A stretch of 64,000 nt of DNA from Saprospiraceae bacterium. GTDB lineage: Bacteria; Bacteroidota; Bacteroidia; Chitinophagales; Saprospiraceae. The notes below the pieces were generated by a model. It saw only the letters and a program-made list of their open reading frames with translations. It was not told where the DNA came from and did not search any database. Position 1 is the first letter of the stretch. Each line of letters begins with the position of its first letter. Positions 26,401 to 35,951 of the stretch are shown piece after piece. The DNA is taken from contig JBGAVH010000021.1 of the NCBI GenBank assembly GCA_044228225.1, positions 1,737-65,736 of the forward strand, in the 5' to 3' direction. Position numbers and translations under genes: made by a program.

Positions 26401-29318
26401 GAAGTTCTAGCGAAAAGTACTGATGGTCGTCCATTTCCTTTAATATCTCCAATAGAAGGAGGTGAGCATGTTGCTTGTATGCCAGCTAAAAAAGATACTT
26501 GTGCCAAAAGTTGTGGAATCCCATTTGACATTTTATAAGCGTATAGTAAAATATTATTTTTTATAGCTATGCCACCAACTATAATTTCTAGTTTTCCGTC
26601 AGCATCAATATCCGAAACAGTCGTGTACCCATCCCTAAATTCATTATTAATTTTAATATTATTTGCGATCATATTGTTCCCTATCATACCATCCGGATTT
26701 CTAATAATCACTTTATAGACTGTGTATCCTGCAGCAAGCTCTAAATCTGTTGTATCATTATCAAGTTGAGCAGCAATAGCAATCGGTGGCAATGTATAAC
26801 CATTTTTATCCGACCCACCTCCAATTCCATTTAATCCCCCATCCGCGAGTTTAATTCCCGTCTTTGCATTAAATATTTTATTACTAATGTAAATTTCTGG
26901 AATTCCATCTTGATTAAAATCAGCTAAAGCAATGCTTCCTCCTAATTGGTTTTGTATTTCTGATTCAAAACTTTCATCAGAAATCCACCTAAGGGAACCA
27001 TTCAAATTATAACAAAACAGTTTTGATTGCATATTGACAGGAATTTGAGAACCTACTCTAGATTTACAGAATATTTCCGGCAAACCATCATCATCCAAAT
27101 CAGCAACTGCAATGCTGTTAGATGAATTACTTAAATATGGTGCATTAATTTCCCATTTCGTTAAACCTGTTTTAGAATCAATAATGAGTATACTTTCATA
27201 ATCACTGGCTGGAATTATCAATTCAGGAATACAATCATTATCCATATCAGCTAATAAAGACTGTTCAATAGTATATACATCTTCCTTACTTTCAATTTTT
27301 TTCTCAAGAATAATTTTTGATGGTAGAAATTTTTCCTTGATATAACACAAATGAGTATCAATATAATTACAAGGATTCACACTCTCATCCTTCGGCAATA
27401 CAAGCGTACGAAAAATATTATCCGTATAATCGCATTCTGAAATTATAAAATCTACTGGATCAAATGCGCCTAATTTATTCCGGGTAGTATTGATCACCAT
27501 AAATAGATCGCTTAGATTCGATGCTGAAAATGTGTATTGTAAATTCAATAAACTATCACCCGCATATATTTTTTTCAAAGTATGATATATTCCAATCAAT
27601 GCCCCAGTAGTTGCAGGATCTCCGTTGTAAAATGAAACAGCTAGATTAGAATCTGCTTTAGCAGATGCATCAGCACGATTGTAAATATCAAATGTTACTG
27701 TGTATACATCATTATTTGAATTATAATTTACGGATTTGATTTTGCCGGTTAGGCTTGCTGCGGGTTTTTGAAACATTCCATTATTATCGAGCAAGGATTC
27801 TTGCACATAAAAATTATTATATTTTCCATTTTTATAAGTCGCATTGTTTTTTTGCACTCGAGGCACTGTAAGATCGTCATTAATATTTAATACATGATAG
27901 TTATATTGATTCCAGATACCACGTGCTGGAGCCCAGCCAAAGTGGCTGTCAGTTGAACCAAAGACTGTGAGTTTTGCATTAATTATATCTGGTTTTGTTG
28001 AACAAGTTATACAGATTTTTGAATGACCATTATTATTAAAATCACCGACAATAGGATATTCAGACCCAGTCCAGGAATAACAATTGATCCTTGCTACTTC
28101 TATTGGTGATACGCACGTGACATTTAAAATTTTTAGAAAAGTCTCATCACGATATACAATTTCCTTTGCACCATCATTATTAAAGTCAAACATAGTCAAA
28201 CCTATAGCATCAGACGAATCTGTTGTAATAAATGACCAGTCTTGCTGGAACAATTTAGTTCCATTATATGAATAGGCTAGCAACATTGAAGCCCTTGTTA
28301 ATACAATAGTTGGTTTACCTAAGCCTATGATATCAACAATAAATGGCGGTCCAATATAATCTTCAATACTTGGCGGATAGGCTTTTGCTATTAGTAAAGG
28401 TAAAGCGTTTGACAATGTATAGGCATAGAGTAAAGCTTCATTGGTTTTTCCTGGAGAAGTTACAATTACATCTAATATTCCATCAGAATTGATATCACCA
28501 ACAGTTGTAAATCCATCTCTATATGCATTATCTACTTGAATATTGTGCACAGTCATACTGTTACCAACCGTCCCATTATTGTTCAATAATTTCACTTTAT
28601 ATATGGAAAATCCTGCAGCTAACTCTAAATCATTCGAATCATCATCCAACTGGGCAGCAATGGTTAATGGTTTTGCTCTATATCCTGGTTTAAGTTGAGT
28701 GCCAATGCCATTTGCACCTCCATCTGCCAATTTAACTCCTGTTCGAGCATTAAATATTTTATTACTTAAATAAATCTCGGGAATGCCATCTTGATTAAAA
28801 TCAGCTAAAGCTGGGGTGCCGCCCATGGCATTTATAGAATTAAGATCAACCTTTTCGTCAGAAATCCACAATATACTACCATCCACTTTGTAACAAATCA
28901 ATCTTCCATCTAAATTAAATGGGTTCTGAAAATCTGCTGCAACATCCACAAAAATTTCTGCAATACCATCATCATCGATATCCGCAATAGCTATAGCACT
29001 ATTAAAACGATTGAAAATAGGGGTAGCAATATTCCATTTAGGTAACCCGGTCTTTGTATCGATAATCAGAATATTTTGACTACCACCATGAATAATGAAT
29101 TCTGAAATACCGTCTCCATCCATATCTGCCAATAATGGAACTTGTGATACATAAATGGTATCTTTGTTTTCATATTTTTTCTCAATGGCAAATGTGGAAG
29201 TAGGATATTTTTCATTAATATAACATAAGCTTGTATCCTTTTGGATACAAGCTTGTCCCTGTCCAAAGATTGGACCGAAACTCGTTATAAAAATATAAAA
29301 AATGTGTAGTTTATACAA
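23430..29318 (-). CDS. Giant FG-GAP/VCBS-repeat surface protein with 12 Cys-containing tandem repeats and T9SS type-B (gliding-motility) C-terminal domain
   Basis: The 1962-aa protein has a signal peptide and FG-GAP-like DxDxDG calcium loops (ADMDGDGISE, ADIDDDGIAE, ADFNQDGIPE). An internal module of about 620 aa is duplicated. Twelve units of about 65 aa each end in GCDS. The C-terminus is YYPNIIHPGG...IYDRWGERIW...GVYVW. Confidence 0.9.
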   Translation of the reverse strand: MYKLHIFYIFITSFGPIFGQGQACIQKDTSLCYINEKYPTSTFAIEKKYENKDTIYVSQVPLLADMDGDGISEFIIHGGSQNILIIDTKTGLPKWNIATPIFNRFNSAIAIADIDDDGIAEIFVDVAADFQNPFNLDGRLICYKVDGSILWISDEKVDLNSINAMGGTPALADFNQDGIPEIYLSNKIFNARTGVKLADGGANGIGTQLKPGYRAKPLTIAAQLDDDSNDLELAAGFSIYKVKLLNNNGTVGNSMTVHNIQVDNAYRDGFTTVGDINSDGILDVIVTSPGKTNEALLYAYTLSNALPLLIAKAYPPSIEDYIGPPFIVDIIGLGKPTIVLTRASMLLAYSYNGTKLFQQDWSFITTDSSDAIGLTMFDFNNDGAKEIVYRDETFLKILNVTCVSPIEVARINCYSWTGSEYPIVGDFNNNGHSKICITCSTKPDIINAKLTVFGSTDSHFGWAPARGIWNQYNYHVLNINDDLTVPRVQKNNATYKNGKYNNFYVQESLLDNNGMFQKPAASLTGKIKSVNYNSNNDVYTVTFDIYNRADASAKADSNLAVSFYNGDPATTGALIGIYHTLKKIYAGDSLLNLQYTFSASNLSDLFMVINTTRNKLGAFDPVDFIISECDYTDNIFRTLVLPKDESVNPCNYIDTHLCYIKEKFLPSKIILEKKIESKEDVYTIEQSLLADMDNDCIPELIIPASDYESILIIDSKTGLTKWEINAPYLSNSSNSIAVADLDDDGLPEIFCKSRVGSQIPVNMQSKLFCYNLNGSLRWISDESFESEIQNQLGGSIALADFNQDGIPEIYISNKIFNAKTGIKLADGGLNGIGGGSDKNGYTLPPIAIAAQLDNDTTDLELAAGYTVYKVIIRNPDGMIGNNMIANNIKINNEFRDGYTTVSDIDADGKLEIIVGGIAIKNNILLYAYKMSNGIPQLLAQVSFLAGIQATCSPPSIGDIKGNGRPSVLFARTSILNSYSYNGTTTFKLDWSMNVTDLESPAISTMFDFNNDGIQEIVYRDDTFLRIFNGSVIPPVEITKYNCSSNTSLEYPIIGDLDHTGHAKICVPCGSNLDVTRGKLTIFGPPDSLTGWTPARGVWNQYNYHVLNINDDLTVPRIQKNNATFKNGKYNNFFVQESLLDSNGMLKKPAASLTCNIKCINFDPLTNEYIVVFDLYNRKDATIVADSNLAVSFYNGDPTSSGTLIGIYYTLKTILAGDSLLNLEYRFSTSNLKDLFMVVNTNRNGSGAFEDKDFTQVECDYTDNISRTLELPKLDSIQAKICKGASFHFFDTIIQDPGIYYRKQSNINGCDSLIYFLNLSTVDTIYTKQSIQACDDYQWNNKLLTQSGIYEFDTLNQFGCDSIISLNLIINRSNSLKIQDTACYSYYWNGQTYYNSGSYAFHTKNNSGCDSTITLDLFIYKIDTTDLIVESCNDYYWGRFYYNMSGYWKFDTLNRFGCDSMINLWLTIIKEIKITQLQTACDSLRWNGVTYTQSGIYTDTTQSVKGCDSITTLQLTISKSNQAITKQTSCDSYFWNGNTYTQSGIYKFTIRNVNGCDSIETLQLTIKKSTNSTTNRTTCDSLMWNNIVYKKSGTYQYTTLNASGCDSIAILNLIVNPSNQIRIQQTACNSYTWNGKTYTQSGLYNYQTINSTGCDSMVTLELNIIPSSLKDTSITICDSITFLNKTLNTNGNYTFTLQNTQGCDSVINLNLNVNSQHFKSNVSSCGSYQWNVNGTAYDSSGIYIAKYTNRSSCDSIYQLDLTIYKNYEIKEKEEVCNEYLWPVNKVLYTQSGDYIYPLKTNHGCDSIIKLNLLVNPEFKHTDTVSTTDAYTWPVNQKTYPSSGTYQEVYQTQNGCDSIHLLLLSINKDVSIYYPNIIHPGGLNSYFTIYVYGASATIKTLSIYDRWGERIWQKQNFPPNELQQGWDGKYKDQDVMPGVYVWHAELLLRDGSVIMEKGDVTVMR

Positions 29319-29363
29319 TTTATAAAAATTTAAAATATTGGAATTAATATTTAAGACATTGCA

Positions 29364-32210
29364 TTACTTTGAATAATCACTAATTACAATTTTATGGTAC
29401 GATGATATTCCATCCTTTTCCAATTTCAAAAGATATGTTCCAGAGGAAACATCTAATGTCATGTGATCTGTATTAGTTGTTTCTTTAATCCTTTGACCTA
29501 ATAAATCTAATAATATACATCTTTCTACATATTTGCTGAAATATATCATGTTAGATGCAGGATTTGGGTAAACTACTATAGTGTTTTTAATTGGATTTCG
29601 AACGCTTGATGGAAAACTTACTACAACAATATTTTCTATTGTATTCGTTACAATAGCAGGATTAAAATCAAAATAAATATTTGCAGTATTTTTTACTTTG
29701 GTTTGTGGCTTAAATCCTTTATTATAGGCTAATGAATAAGTAACATTTCCATTGCTTCCTGATCTATTTGTTGTACTGTCAGGTAAAAATATATTTTTAA
29801 ATGAAAAGATTACTTCCCTGGAATCACTATAAGTTACGGTCAATTCATTTGGATGACTGGAATGCAGCACTTTTAATGTACTCAAGTCGAATGCTGGATC
29901 AATGGTATCTCTAATAATTACATTTCTGGCATAATCATTACCCGTGTTTTGAAATCGAATGGTATACGTTAAAGGCTGATCAATTAGTGCGTAGTGATCA
30001 GCTCTTTGTGGAATCGAAAACTTGTCATTTGGATCAAACGAACATCTTAGCTCAGCTTTATAACAATCATTTTCTCGAAATGGTATTGCAGAAATTCCAT
30101 GACAAAATGTATATATTTCACCTACCTGTTCTGGTTTAGTAATTTGAGGAGCAGTTACTATGAATTTAATCAGTACACTTTCGCCAGGGTATAAATCACT
30201 ATATCGCCATTCAAATCTACTGGCTGATAGTGTTATATCTGGATTATCTATAAATCTAAATTTGTCTAATCTAGGGTCTATATCTAACCAAAAAATACCA
30301 GACTCGATTGAAGTCCCATAATTCGTTAATGTCAGTGTGAACTCCACATCCTCGCCACACCTAAAATTATTACCAACAACTGTAGTAGATACTTGAGCAT
30401 AAATATTTACAGGGGTCAAACCTATATCTACTTTTTCTGCAAATTGAGGTGTGTTTACATCAAATTGAAAAAAACCTATACCAGACAATTTCCACTTTGA
30501 ATCAAATCCATCAACGAATTGTATAGATGCGAAGCCTTGATTTAAAATGATATAGTTCCCATTTTCTGATATATTTAAATGGATTTGTTTATTATGATCA
30601 ACGACACTTCCAAAACTTAAATACCTTTCGTCACTCTCTTTCTTACCATTCTGATTCTTATCATAATAATATTTTACCAGTACGTGAGCAAAATATTGAT
30701 CCATTTCATAAGCACCAATATCAGGTAAACTATTTACAGGCATAGGTCTTGGATTACCTGTAATGTCTTTATCTATATTTGGGATCATAATTCCATGATT
30801 AAGACATGGCGAATTACTACCAGGAACAGGTAGTTGATCACTTATCATCAATGGGTCTGCATCCAGATTACTCGTTCCTGGATAACCGCCTTTAACTATG
30901 CAATTGTTTAATTTAAAGTTAGATTGAGATATGAATTCTTTGGCAGGTTTGTTCCAGAAGATTGAATTCTGCGCATCAATATTTGAAGAAATTGCGCTTA
31001 GATTCTTATCATTATTATAAAACGTACAATGGATCAATTCAATGTTACTTTGATCATCTGAAATATAAATTGGAACAGATTTATTGTTATCAATTATTGT
31101 ATTCACCATCGATAAATCAATTGGATCATAACTTACATCTATAGCACTACCGCTGTAAGTACCACCACCCAAAATTATATTTTTGCTAAAAAATGAATTT
31201 TCAATCCTAGCTTTAGTTTTAGTGCCATTAAAAGAACTCGAATACAAATTCAATCCACCTCCTCCTTCAGAAGAGTTCTGGATAAATTTAGAATTTTTAA
31301 TGAGAATATTTGGAAATTCAATGTAAATACCACCGCCATTGCTCCAAGTAGATACATCCGTACTATTTCCATAAAATAGACAAGAATCAATTAATGCTAA
31401 AACATTCCTCTTATTAAAAACTTCTGGAATATACAATCCACCCCCGTAAGACCAACTATCTGTTTGGGTTGAATTATTCAAAAATTTGCAGTTGATTACT
31501 GAAAGAACTATAGAATCATCCATCCCAAAACTAAAATTATAATATTCAAAATAGAGCCCACCTCCATAACACCAATCATGAGTTATTCCATGATTATTTT
31601 CAAAAGTACAATTTCTGATAGTCAAACTTGTCGAACTACCTATATTTAAACCTGCCCCATATGATCTTGAATCAGTTTTCAGCATGTTGTCATTAAATTG
31701 GCAATTATCAATAACACCGGAAAAAACATATAAGGATGCTCCTCCACCTGAACTTGAATTACCTTCACAAATGTTTTGTATAAAGTGAAGATCTTTAAGA
31801 GTAGGACTAGCATATTCACAGCTTAATCCTGCACCATTGAGGTCAAAAATTTTACCATGCTGAATCGTAAAACCTTGAATTAATGTTGCCACAGTAATCT
31901 CATCGGTTGTACTTGAACCAAATTCAGATTCCATTTGAATTACCCTCCCTTTTTCATTCCCATCAATAATGGTTTCCTTGCTACCTTTAATTCCAATGAG
32001 TTTAATGCCATCTATCTTAGATGGCCATATGAGATTTTCATAATAAATTCCAGGCGAAACTAAAATTGTTGAATTTGATTTAGCTGCATTCAAACCTTGC
32101 TGAATAGTAGGATAATCCTTAGGAATTTGAATAAAGTTCTGGCTAAACAAAGGAAATGTAAAGAGGCCAATTAACATAGTAACTGACAAGAAGTAATTAA
32201 GCATTTTCAT
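29364..32210 (-). CDS. Right-handed beta-helix (pectate-lyase-fold) repeat protein with T9SS C-terminal sorting domain
   Basis: The 948-aa protein has a signal peptide and repeated GGGLY/NxxF beta-helix rungs. A conserved segment CSFDPNDK...TYTIRFQNTGNDYARNV is shared with the 1447-aa protein. The C-terminus is VYPNPASNMIYF. Confidence 0.85.
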   Translation of the reverse strand: MKMLNYFLSVTMLIGLFTFPLFSQNFIQIPKDYPTIQQGLNAAKSNSTILVSPGIYYENLIWPSKIDGIKLIGIKGSKETIIDGNEKGRVIQMESEFGSSTTDEITVATLIQGFTIQHGKIFDLNGAGLSCEYASPTLKDLHFIQNICEGNSSSGGGASLYVFSGVIDNCQFNDNMLKTDSRSYGAGLNIGSSTSLTIRNCTFENNHGITHDWCYGGGLYFEYYNFSFGMDDSIVLSVINCKFLNNSTQTDSWSYGGGLYIPEVFNKRNVLALIDSCLFYGNSTDVSTWSNGGGIYIEFPNILIKNSKFIQNSSEGGGGLNLYSSSFNGTKTKARIENSFFSKNIILGGGTYSGSAIDVSYDPIDLSMVNTIIDNNKSVPIYISDDQSNIELIHCTFYNNDKNLSAISSNIDAQNSIFWNKPAKEFISQSNFKLNNCIVKGGYPGTSNLDADPLMISDQLPVPGSNSPCLNHGIMIPNIDKDITGNPRPMPVNSLPDIGAYEMDQYFAHVLVKYYYDKNQNGKKESDERYLSFGSVVDHNKQIHLNISENGNYIILNQGFASIQFVDGFDSKWKLSGIGFFQFDVNTPQFAEKVDIGLTPVNIYAQVSTTVVGNNFRCGEDVEFTLTLTNYGTSIESGIFWLDIDPRLDKFRFIDNPDITLSASRFEWRYSDLYPGESVLIKFIVTAPQITKPEQVGEIYTFCHGISAIPFRENDCYKAELRCSFDPNDKFSIPQRADHYALIDQPLTYTIRFQNTGNDYARNVIIRDTIDPAFDLSTLKVLHSSHPNELTVTYSDSREVIFSFKNIFLPDSTTNRSGSNGNVTYSLAYNKGFKPQTKVKNTANIYFDFNPAIVTNTIENIVVVSFPSSVRNPIKNTIVVYPNPASNMIYFSKYVERCILLDLLGQRIKETTNTDHMTLDVSSGTYLLKLEKDGISSYHKIVISDYSK

Positions 32211-32371
32211 AAGTTGTTATTTTGTGTTAGCAAATTTAAACTTTTTCGAGAATTTCTCCCTTTTTATGTTGAAATAATTGAGTTTGAGCAAATTTTAACT
32301 AAAAGATACAATCAAATAGCATTTAACTCGCTTATCTAAAAATTAGTAGAATTCGCAAATTACCCAGTAAT

Positions 32372-32522
32372 GGTTAATGATTAATGGTTAATGATTAATG
32401 GTTAATGGTTAATGGTTAATGGTTAATGGTTATTGGTTAATGGTTTATCGTAATTGAACATTCGTAATTAATTTTCCCGTTCCCGTAATTCGTAATTTAA
32501 ATTCGTAATTGATTTTCCGTAA
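32372..32522. repeat. Composite short-word repeat: (GGTTAAT/GATTAAT)x11 followed by CGTAATT-word cluster
   Basis: Heptamer units occupy 32372-32448. They are followed by cgtaattgaacattcgtaattaattttcccgttcccgtaattcgtaatttaaattcgtaattgattttccgtaat. The composition and orientation match the block at 23247-23427. Confidence 0.85.
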
Positions 32523-32602
32523 TATTCCCTTAACAATTTGATCATGATTTCTTCATCATGACGTGATTGATCATCTCGTAACTTTGTACTACAATTGGAT
32601 AC

Positions 32603-33742
32603 ATGAAAAATCACCTATTCAACCTAGTTCACAAAAATAAATTAGTCTATAATCAGTGTTGGGAAGATCCGCGATGTGACAAAGCACTCTTAAATATTGA
32701 TTCGAATAGTGAGATTCTCATGATAACTAGTGCCGGGTGTAATGCTTTGGATTATTTGTTGGATGATCCCAAAAAAATACATTGTGTTGATATCAATCCA
32801 AGACAAAATGCGCTCTTACAATTGAAACTTAAAATGATTGAAAACAATCACTATGATGTGTTCAATTCATTTTTTATGAAAGGCCAATATGTTCATGCGG
32901 AAAGATATTATTGGACTCAGATCAGATCTAAATTGCCTTATTATGCTAGCGAATATTGGGATTCTCATATTCAGTATTTCAATGGAAAGGGCATTCGCAA
33001 AAGTTTCTATTTCAGAGGTGCTACTGGAATTTTAGCATGGGTACTTAAACATATTTTAGGACATCAATCATCTATAAAAACTGCATTGCAAGAACTCTGG
33101 AAATCTCAATCTCTTGAAGAACAAAATAATATTTGGAATCACATCAAGCCGAAACTACTCAGTATACTTTCACATAACTTGTTTCAATCTCAGGCTGTAC
33201 TTTCCCTTGCAGGGGTTCCAACAGAACAATATCATGTAGTTCTTAAAAATGAAAACAAGAGTATATGGAATTATCTGGAATCCATGTTGGATCATGTCTT
33301 TACACAAATTGACATCAAGGATAATTACTTTTGGCATGTGTATTTGTTTGGACATTATACTGAAACATGTAGTCCAAATTATTTGAAAGCTGAGTTTCAA
33401 CCCACATTAATCAACAATACGTACAAGATCAACACATTCAATAACCATCTGAATGGATTTCTCGAAAAAAGCCAAAGTACATATTCACATTTTGTACTGC
33501 TGGATCACCAAGACTGGTTACTCAAATATGATCGTGAAGCCCTAAACAGAGAATGGAAATTAATTCTGGATCATAGTCAACCGGGATCCAAAATATTGAT
33601 GCGTTCTGCAGCTTCCAATATTGATTTTATACCTGAATTCGCCAAAGAAAAAATGAATATAGATCCATACTTCATCCATCAAATTCAAAGAAAAGATCGA
33701 GTAGGAACCTATGCTTCTACCTTGTTAGCCACTATACATTAA
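32603..33742 (+). CDS. btaA: DUF3419 / BtaA-like S-adenosylmethionine:diacylglycerol 3-amino-3-carboxypropyl transferase
   Basis: The N-terminal NQCWEDPRCDKALLNI...ILMITSAGCNALDYLLDDPKKIHCVDINPRQNALLQLKL matches the DUF3419/BtaA signature. Confidence 0.75.
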   Translation: MKNHLFNLVHKNKLVYNQCWEDPRCDKALLNIDSNSEILMITSAGCNALDYLLDDPKKIHCVDINPRQNALLQLKLKMIENNHYDVFNSFFMKGQYVHAERYYWTQIRSKLPYYASEYWDSHIQYFNGKGIRKSFYFRGATGILAWVLKHILGHQSSIKTALQELWKSQSLEEQNNIWNHIKPKLLSILSHNLFQSQAVLSLAGVPTEQYHVVLKNENKSIWNYLESMLDHVFTQIDIKDNYFWHVYLFGHYTETCSPNYLKAEFQPTLINNTYKINTFNNHLNGFLEKSQSTYSHFVLLDHQDWLLKYDREALNREWKLILDHSQPGSKILMRSAASNIDFIPEFAKEKMNIDPYFIHQIQRKDRVGTYASTLLATIH

Positions 33743-33752
33743 AATTATAAAA

Positions 33753-34379
33753 ATGGATTTTGTTGATCATCAACCCATTAATCATCATTTAAAAAAATAT
33801 TACCAATTCCAATCAAAAATATATGATGCCACGCGTTGGGCTTTCCTGTTTGGAAGAAAACGATTGATCGACAACTGTCCTTGCTTTGAAGATAAAGCAC
33901 TTAACATTATGGAAATAGGATGCGGAACAGGATATAATTTACTTCACCTAAGAAAAAAATTTCCATCTTCCAAAATATTCGCTGTAGAGCTTTCAACTGA
34001 CATGGCTCAAATAGCTAAAAATAAAGTGATTCATGATAGCCACACTATGATTATTGAAGGATCATATCACGCTTCCTTAATTGATATAAAAATGGATGTA
34101 TTGGTCTTTTCTTATATGTTAAGCATGACAGATACTCATTATAAGGCATTAATACAAGAAGCCAAACAACAACTCAAACCAGGTGGTATTATAGCCATTG
34201 TCGATTTTAACCATAGTCCAGTAAATCTTTTCAAGAAACACATGAAAAATAATCATGTAACTATGGATGGAAAGCTTACACCATTTCTGGTACATAAATT
34301 CCCTAATCAAGAACTCAGACTTCATAAAGCGTATTTTGGTCTTTGGACTTATTTTACATTTTATGGAATCAATAATTAA
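33753..34379 (+). CDS. btaB: Class I SAM-dependent methyltransferase, BtaB-like
   Basis: The protein has the SAM-binding motif IMEIGCGTGYNL and the N-terminal YDATRWAFLFGRKRLI. It lies immediately downstream of the BtaA-like gene. Confidence 0.65.
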   Translation: MDFVDHQPINHHLKKYYQFQSKIYDATRWAFLFGRKRLIDNCPCFEDKALNIMEIGCGTGYNLLHLRKKFPSSKIFAVELSTDMAQIAKNKVIHDSHTMIIEGSYHASLIDIKMDVLVFSYMLSMTDTHYKALIQEAKQQLKPGGIIAIVDFNHSPVNLFKKHMKNNHVTMDGKLTPFLVHKFPNQELRLHKAYFGLWTYFTFYGINN

Positions 34380-34390
34380 AAATATTCAAC

Positions 34391-35422
34391 ATGAAAATAT
34401 TTTATGCCGTTCAAGCTACTGGTAATGGCCATATTAGCCGAGCCTATCAACTTATGCCCTATCTAGAACAATATGGTGAAGTGGATGTATTTCTATCGGG
34501 ATCTAATTCTAACTTAAACGTTCCGCTCCCCATAAAATACCGAAGTTCTGGAATTAGTTTGAACTATTCAGAATGTGGCGGATTGGATATCCAAAAAACC
34601 TGGAAGGACATGAAGCTCCTAAATGCTATGAAATTGGCAAGACAACTTCCCGTAGAACAATATGATGTCATTATCAACGACTTTGAATCTATAACCGCAC
34701 AAGCTTGCAGAATTAAAAATGTACCTTCCATTCAATTTGGTCATCAAGCCAGCTTTCAATCATCATTGACACCAAGACCAACAAGCAAAAATATCCTTGG
34801 AGAAATGATCTTAAAATATTACGCCAAATCAGCACATTATATTGGACTTCATTTTGATGCCTATGATGATTTCATTTTTCCACCTGTTATCAAGCAGGAA
34901 ATTCAAGATGCTGAAGTCGTTGACAAGGGACATATCACGGTCTATTTACCTGCATACCAAAAATTTTGTTTGGTTCATTTTTTTAAAAAATTAAAACACC
35001 TTGAATTTCAATGGTTTTTACCGGAAATCAAAGAACCCTATCGAGAAAACAATATTCACTACTTTCCAATAGATAATCAGTCATTTAATAAAAGTCTTAT
35101 AAGCTGTCATGGATTAATTACCGGAGGCGGATTCGAAACACCTGCAGAAGCCTTGTATCTAAATAAAAAATTAATGTCCATTCCTATATCTAAACACTAT
35201 GAACAACAATGCAATGCTGCAGCTTTAAGTAAATTAAAAGTACATGTATTAACAGAGCCAGGTAAATATTTTGATTTGGAAATAATCAATTGGTTAAATC
35301 AAACACACGAACTACCTAAGATTAAAGCCAACAATATTGAGAAAACCCTTGAAAAACTCTTTGCTTTAGCGAAAGACCAAAAACACAGTCATTCGATGAA
35401 AGAATTATCATTATCAAATTAA
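34391..35422 (+). CDS. Glycosyltransferase (MJ1255/TIGR00661-like, GT-B fold)
   Basis: The N-terminus MKIFYAVQATGNGHISRA and the later GLITGGGFETPAEAL segment resemble UDP-sugar glycosyltransferases of the MurG/UGT-like fold. Confidence 0.6.
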   Translation: MKIFYAVQATGNGHISRAYQLMPYLEQYGEVDVFLSGSNSNLNVPLPIKYRSSGISLNYSECGGLDIQKTWKDMKLLNAMKLARQLPVEQYDVIINDFESITAQACRIKNVPSIQFGHQASFQSSLTPRPTSKNILGEMILKYYAKSAHYIGLHFDAYDDFIFPPVIKQEIQDAEVVDKGHITVYLPAYQKFCLVHFFKKLKHLEFQWFLPEIKEPYRENNIHYFPIDNQSFNKSLISCHGLITGGGFETPAEALYLNKKLMSIPISKHYEQQCNAAALSKLKVHVLTEPGKYFDLEIINWLNQTHELPKIKANNIEKTLEKLFALAKDQKHSHSMKELSLSN

Positions 35423-35501
35423 AATACATCCATCATTTTTATTTAATGTATTAGGAAGATAAAGTATATTTAATAACTAATAAGATTTTCAAGCAGTTTT
35501 A

Positions 35502-35828
35502 CTACTTTCTTTTTTCAAAAAAATCTTTTGGAACATTGGTTCTGATCCAACTATTCAATATAAATTTTATTCGTTTGATTTCCAATAATTGGAGCTTATA
35601 TTTCAAAGCATTTTTAGCAATATGATAATCGAGATCAAATTGTTGATGTTCATTCAAAGCCTTATATACACTGCTTTCCCGGATATTCTGAGTTTGGATA
35701 TACTTTTCATTTAATAGTTTCTTCTTTTCCAAATTTTTTTCCAACAAATGGAAATATTTTAAAAAGCTTCTATCCTTATTATATTCCTTATGATGGTTTA
35801 CCAGGTTAATTTTTTCCATTAATTTCAT
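35502..35828 (-). CDS. Hypothetical helical protein
   Basis: A 108-aa ORF with no recognisable motif. Confidence 0.4.
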   Translation of the reverse strand: MKLMEKINLVNHHKEYNKDRSFLKYFHLLEKNLEKKKLLNEKYIQTQNIRESSVYKALNEHQQFDLDYHIAKNALKYKLQLLEIKRIKFILNSWIRTNVPKDFFEKRK

Positions 35829-35951
35829 AAAAAAATGTTGACTCTGAAAATAAATAATACAGAAAAATATTTAATAAATTTTAATTCAAGATATAAAATT
35901 TCGCATCACACCTTAGAACTTTAAAACATGTTCAAATGAATTTAAGTTTAC

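Noticed and set aside
32372-32448. (GGTTAAT)n arrays as telomere-like repeats or as a degenerate CRISPR
   Set aside because: The units are contiguous heptamers without spacers and sit internally in a bacterial gene context. They fit a simple tandem-repeat (STRR-like) description instead.
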